Shown piece by piece: positions 54,501 through 54,812 of a stretch of 54,812 bases of DNA. The stretch comes from an uncultured Brevifollis sp. GTDB lineage: Bacteria > Verrucomicrobiota > Verrucomicrobiia > Verrucomicrobiales > Verrucomicrobiaceae. The notes beneath the pieces were generated by a model. The model saw only the letters and a list, made by a program, of their open reading frames with translations. It had not been told where the DNA came from and did no database searches. Numbering within the stretch: position 1 is the stretch's first letter; each line of letters opens with the position of its first letter. The stretch covers positions 1 through 54,812 of the forward strand of contig CAYMHJ010000003.1 of NCBI GenBank assembly GCA_964390165.1, in the 5' to 3' direction. Position numbers and translations under genes: made by a program.

Positions 54501-54812
54501 ATCCTTTCGAGAAATGGACCTGGGATCAGTATTACCAGACCGCCGCTTTCTTTGCCCAGGTGGAGCTGAAAACCGACCCCGCCAGCGCTGGCAAAACCAT
54601 CGGCGGCACCGCGGTGGAAGGTGCGAAGCCGCTCTATGAGATCGTTGCCGACAAAACAGCCGGTGAGATGAACCACCTCCGCACGAATGCGCCGGTCGCT
54701 CCGCAGGTGCCCTTTGATGCCGAGCTGGTCAGCAAGACCGCCACCTCCCGCCGCGAGCAGTTTGCCACCTGGATGACCAGCCCGGAGAACGACTACTTCG
54801 CCATGAGCTACG
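51530..54812 (+). CDS. Planctomycete-type cytochrome c / WD40 / Ig-like / DUF1549 multidomain protein (3' end runs off the window)
   Basis: Absent from the ORF track. Manual translation gives MKKILITLSGFVFLASSLHA...VSFYKHIRPILQANCTGCH...IVPGKPEES...MPPKG, WD40 repeats (xWSPDGK), KLGCNMGTCHG, FLRRVHLDLTGLPP, KWADML and FNCNKCHDHPFEKWT, all in frame. Confidence 0.9.
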   Translation, partial: MKKILITLSGFVFLASSLHAAAPKKEETIDPSKPVSFYKHIRPILQANCTGCHQPAKAKGDYIMTDFAKLLAGGEEGNAIVPGKPEESNLIKVSTPNAEGKVEMPPKGDPLHESQIALIKKWVSEGAKDDTPASAMAHYDMEHPPVYVTAPAVTSLEYSPDGSLIAVAGYHEVLIHKADGSSIVTRLVGLSERVQKLAWSPDGKKILVTGGSPARMGEIQIWDVAAKKLELSKSLTFDTLYGASWSPDGKFIAVGCGDNGMRAYEAASGKEVVFMGGHSDWVLDTVWGLEGKLIASCGRDMSVKLTEVATQRFVDNITSITPGALKGGVQALARHPSRNEILIGGTDGVPAIYRMERITKRVIGDNANLIRKFPVMQGRIFGVDFAPDGKRIAAGASHEGSGMVNIYASEYDSTLPEPVKKIVETVNGKGKELDDWVTKDVKQLSSTPMPCGIFSVSFSPDGKSVAAAGQDGRIRLIDTATGKIAKEFVSVPLVADKALAASDVIADDSVRATAKKDDKVETLVPGLTVASIEVEPKSVSIAKPTEYAQLLVTATMSNGTKADITRMAKLTSTNEAAAIVNERGMVRPGKDGKGEVKIAFMGKAATVPVSVTGMNVALKPDYVRDVMPISSKLGCNMGTCHGAKDGKAGFKLSLRGYDPIYDVLAFTDELASRRANVASPEHSLMLLKASGSVPHEGGQLTVPGELYYETLKAWISQGAKLDLKTPRVTSIEIFPKNPVLERIGNRQQMRVIARYADGYVRDVTAESFVDSGNGDVIEADKTGLMTSLRRGEAAILARFEGAYAATTITVMGDRTGFAWKEPEKWNKIDELVTRKWERMKIEPSGLCSDEDFLRRVHLDLTGLPPKAEEVRAFVADTRDTRTKRNEVIDKLIGNPDFVDHWSNKWADMLQVNSKFLGNEGVTNLRAWIKQQVADNTPYDRMAYRIITASGSNKDNPAAAYFKTVRTPEELVENTTHLFLATRFNCNKCHDHPFEKWTWDQYYQTAAFFAQVELKTDPASAGKTIGGTAVEGAKPLYEIVADKTAGEMNHLRTNAPVAPQVPFDAELVSKTATSRREQFATWMTSPENDYFAMSY

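Overview
A stretch of bacterial chromosome, roughly 60% GC by eye, with the hallmarks of Verrucomicrobiota (Prosthecobacter/Verrucomicrobium-like; inferred from the PEP-CTERM proteins, solo pseudopilin, planctomycete-type cytochrome c protein and SD-less starts). Housekeeping genes are ppdK (cut by the left edge), nuoD-nuoE, polA, a YejK/NdpA-like nucleoid protein, a SurA/PpiD-like chaperone, a nitroreductase and an MFS transporter. They surround two large surface-protein loci. Locus 1 (5377-18228, minus strand) encodes a ~2825-aa GH13 amylase fused to an apparently degenerate GH57/4-alpha-glucanotransferase-like module, a translationally coupled 1219-aa second GH13 enzyme, and a PEP-CTERM protein with a starch-CBM-like signature. 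It looks like a SusC/D-independent surface alpha-glucan system. Locus 2 (34350-48420, plus strand) is a PEP-CTERM gene followed by a 4445-aa adhesin with 15 GEVED, 14 Cys-paired Ig and 2 SdrD-B-like repeats. All three giant proteins share a ~100-aa module that may be an export or anchoring signal. A perfect Rex/CRP-type palindrome lies upstream of a stand-alone nuoDE unit. I found no tRNA, rRNA, CRISPR array or mobile element. All family assignments come from motifs recognised by eye, not from database searches.
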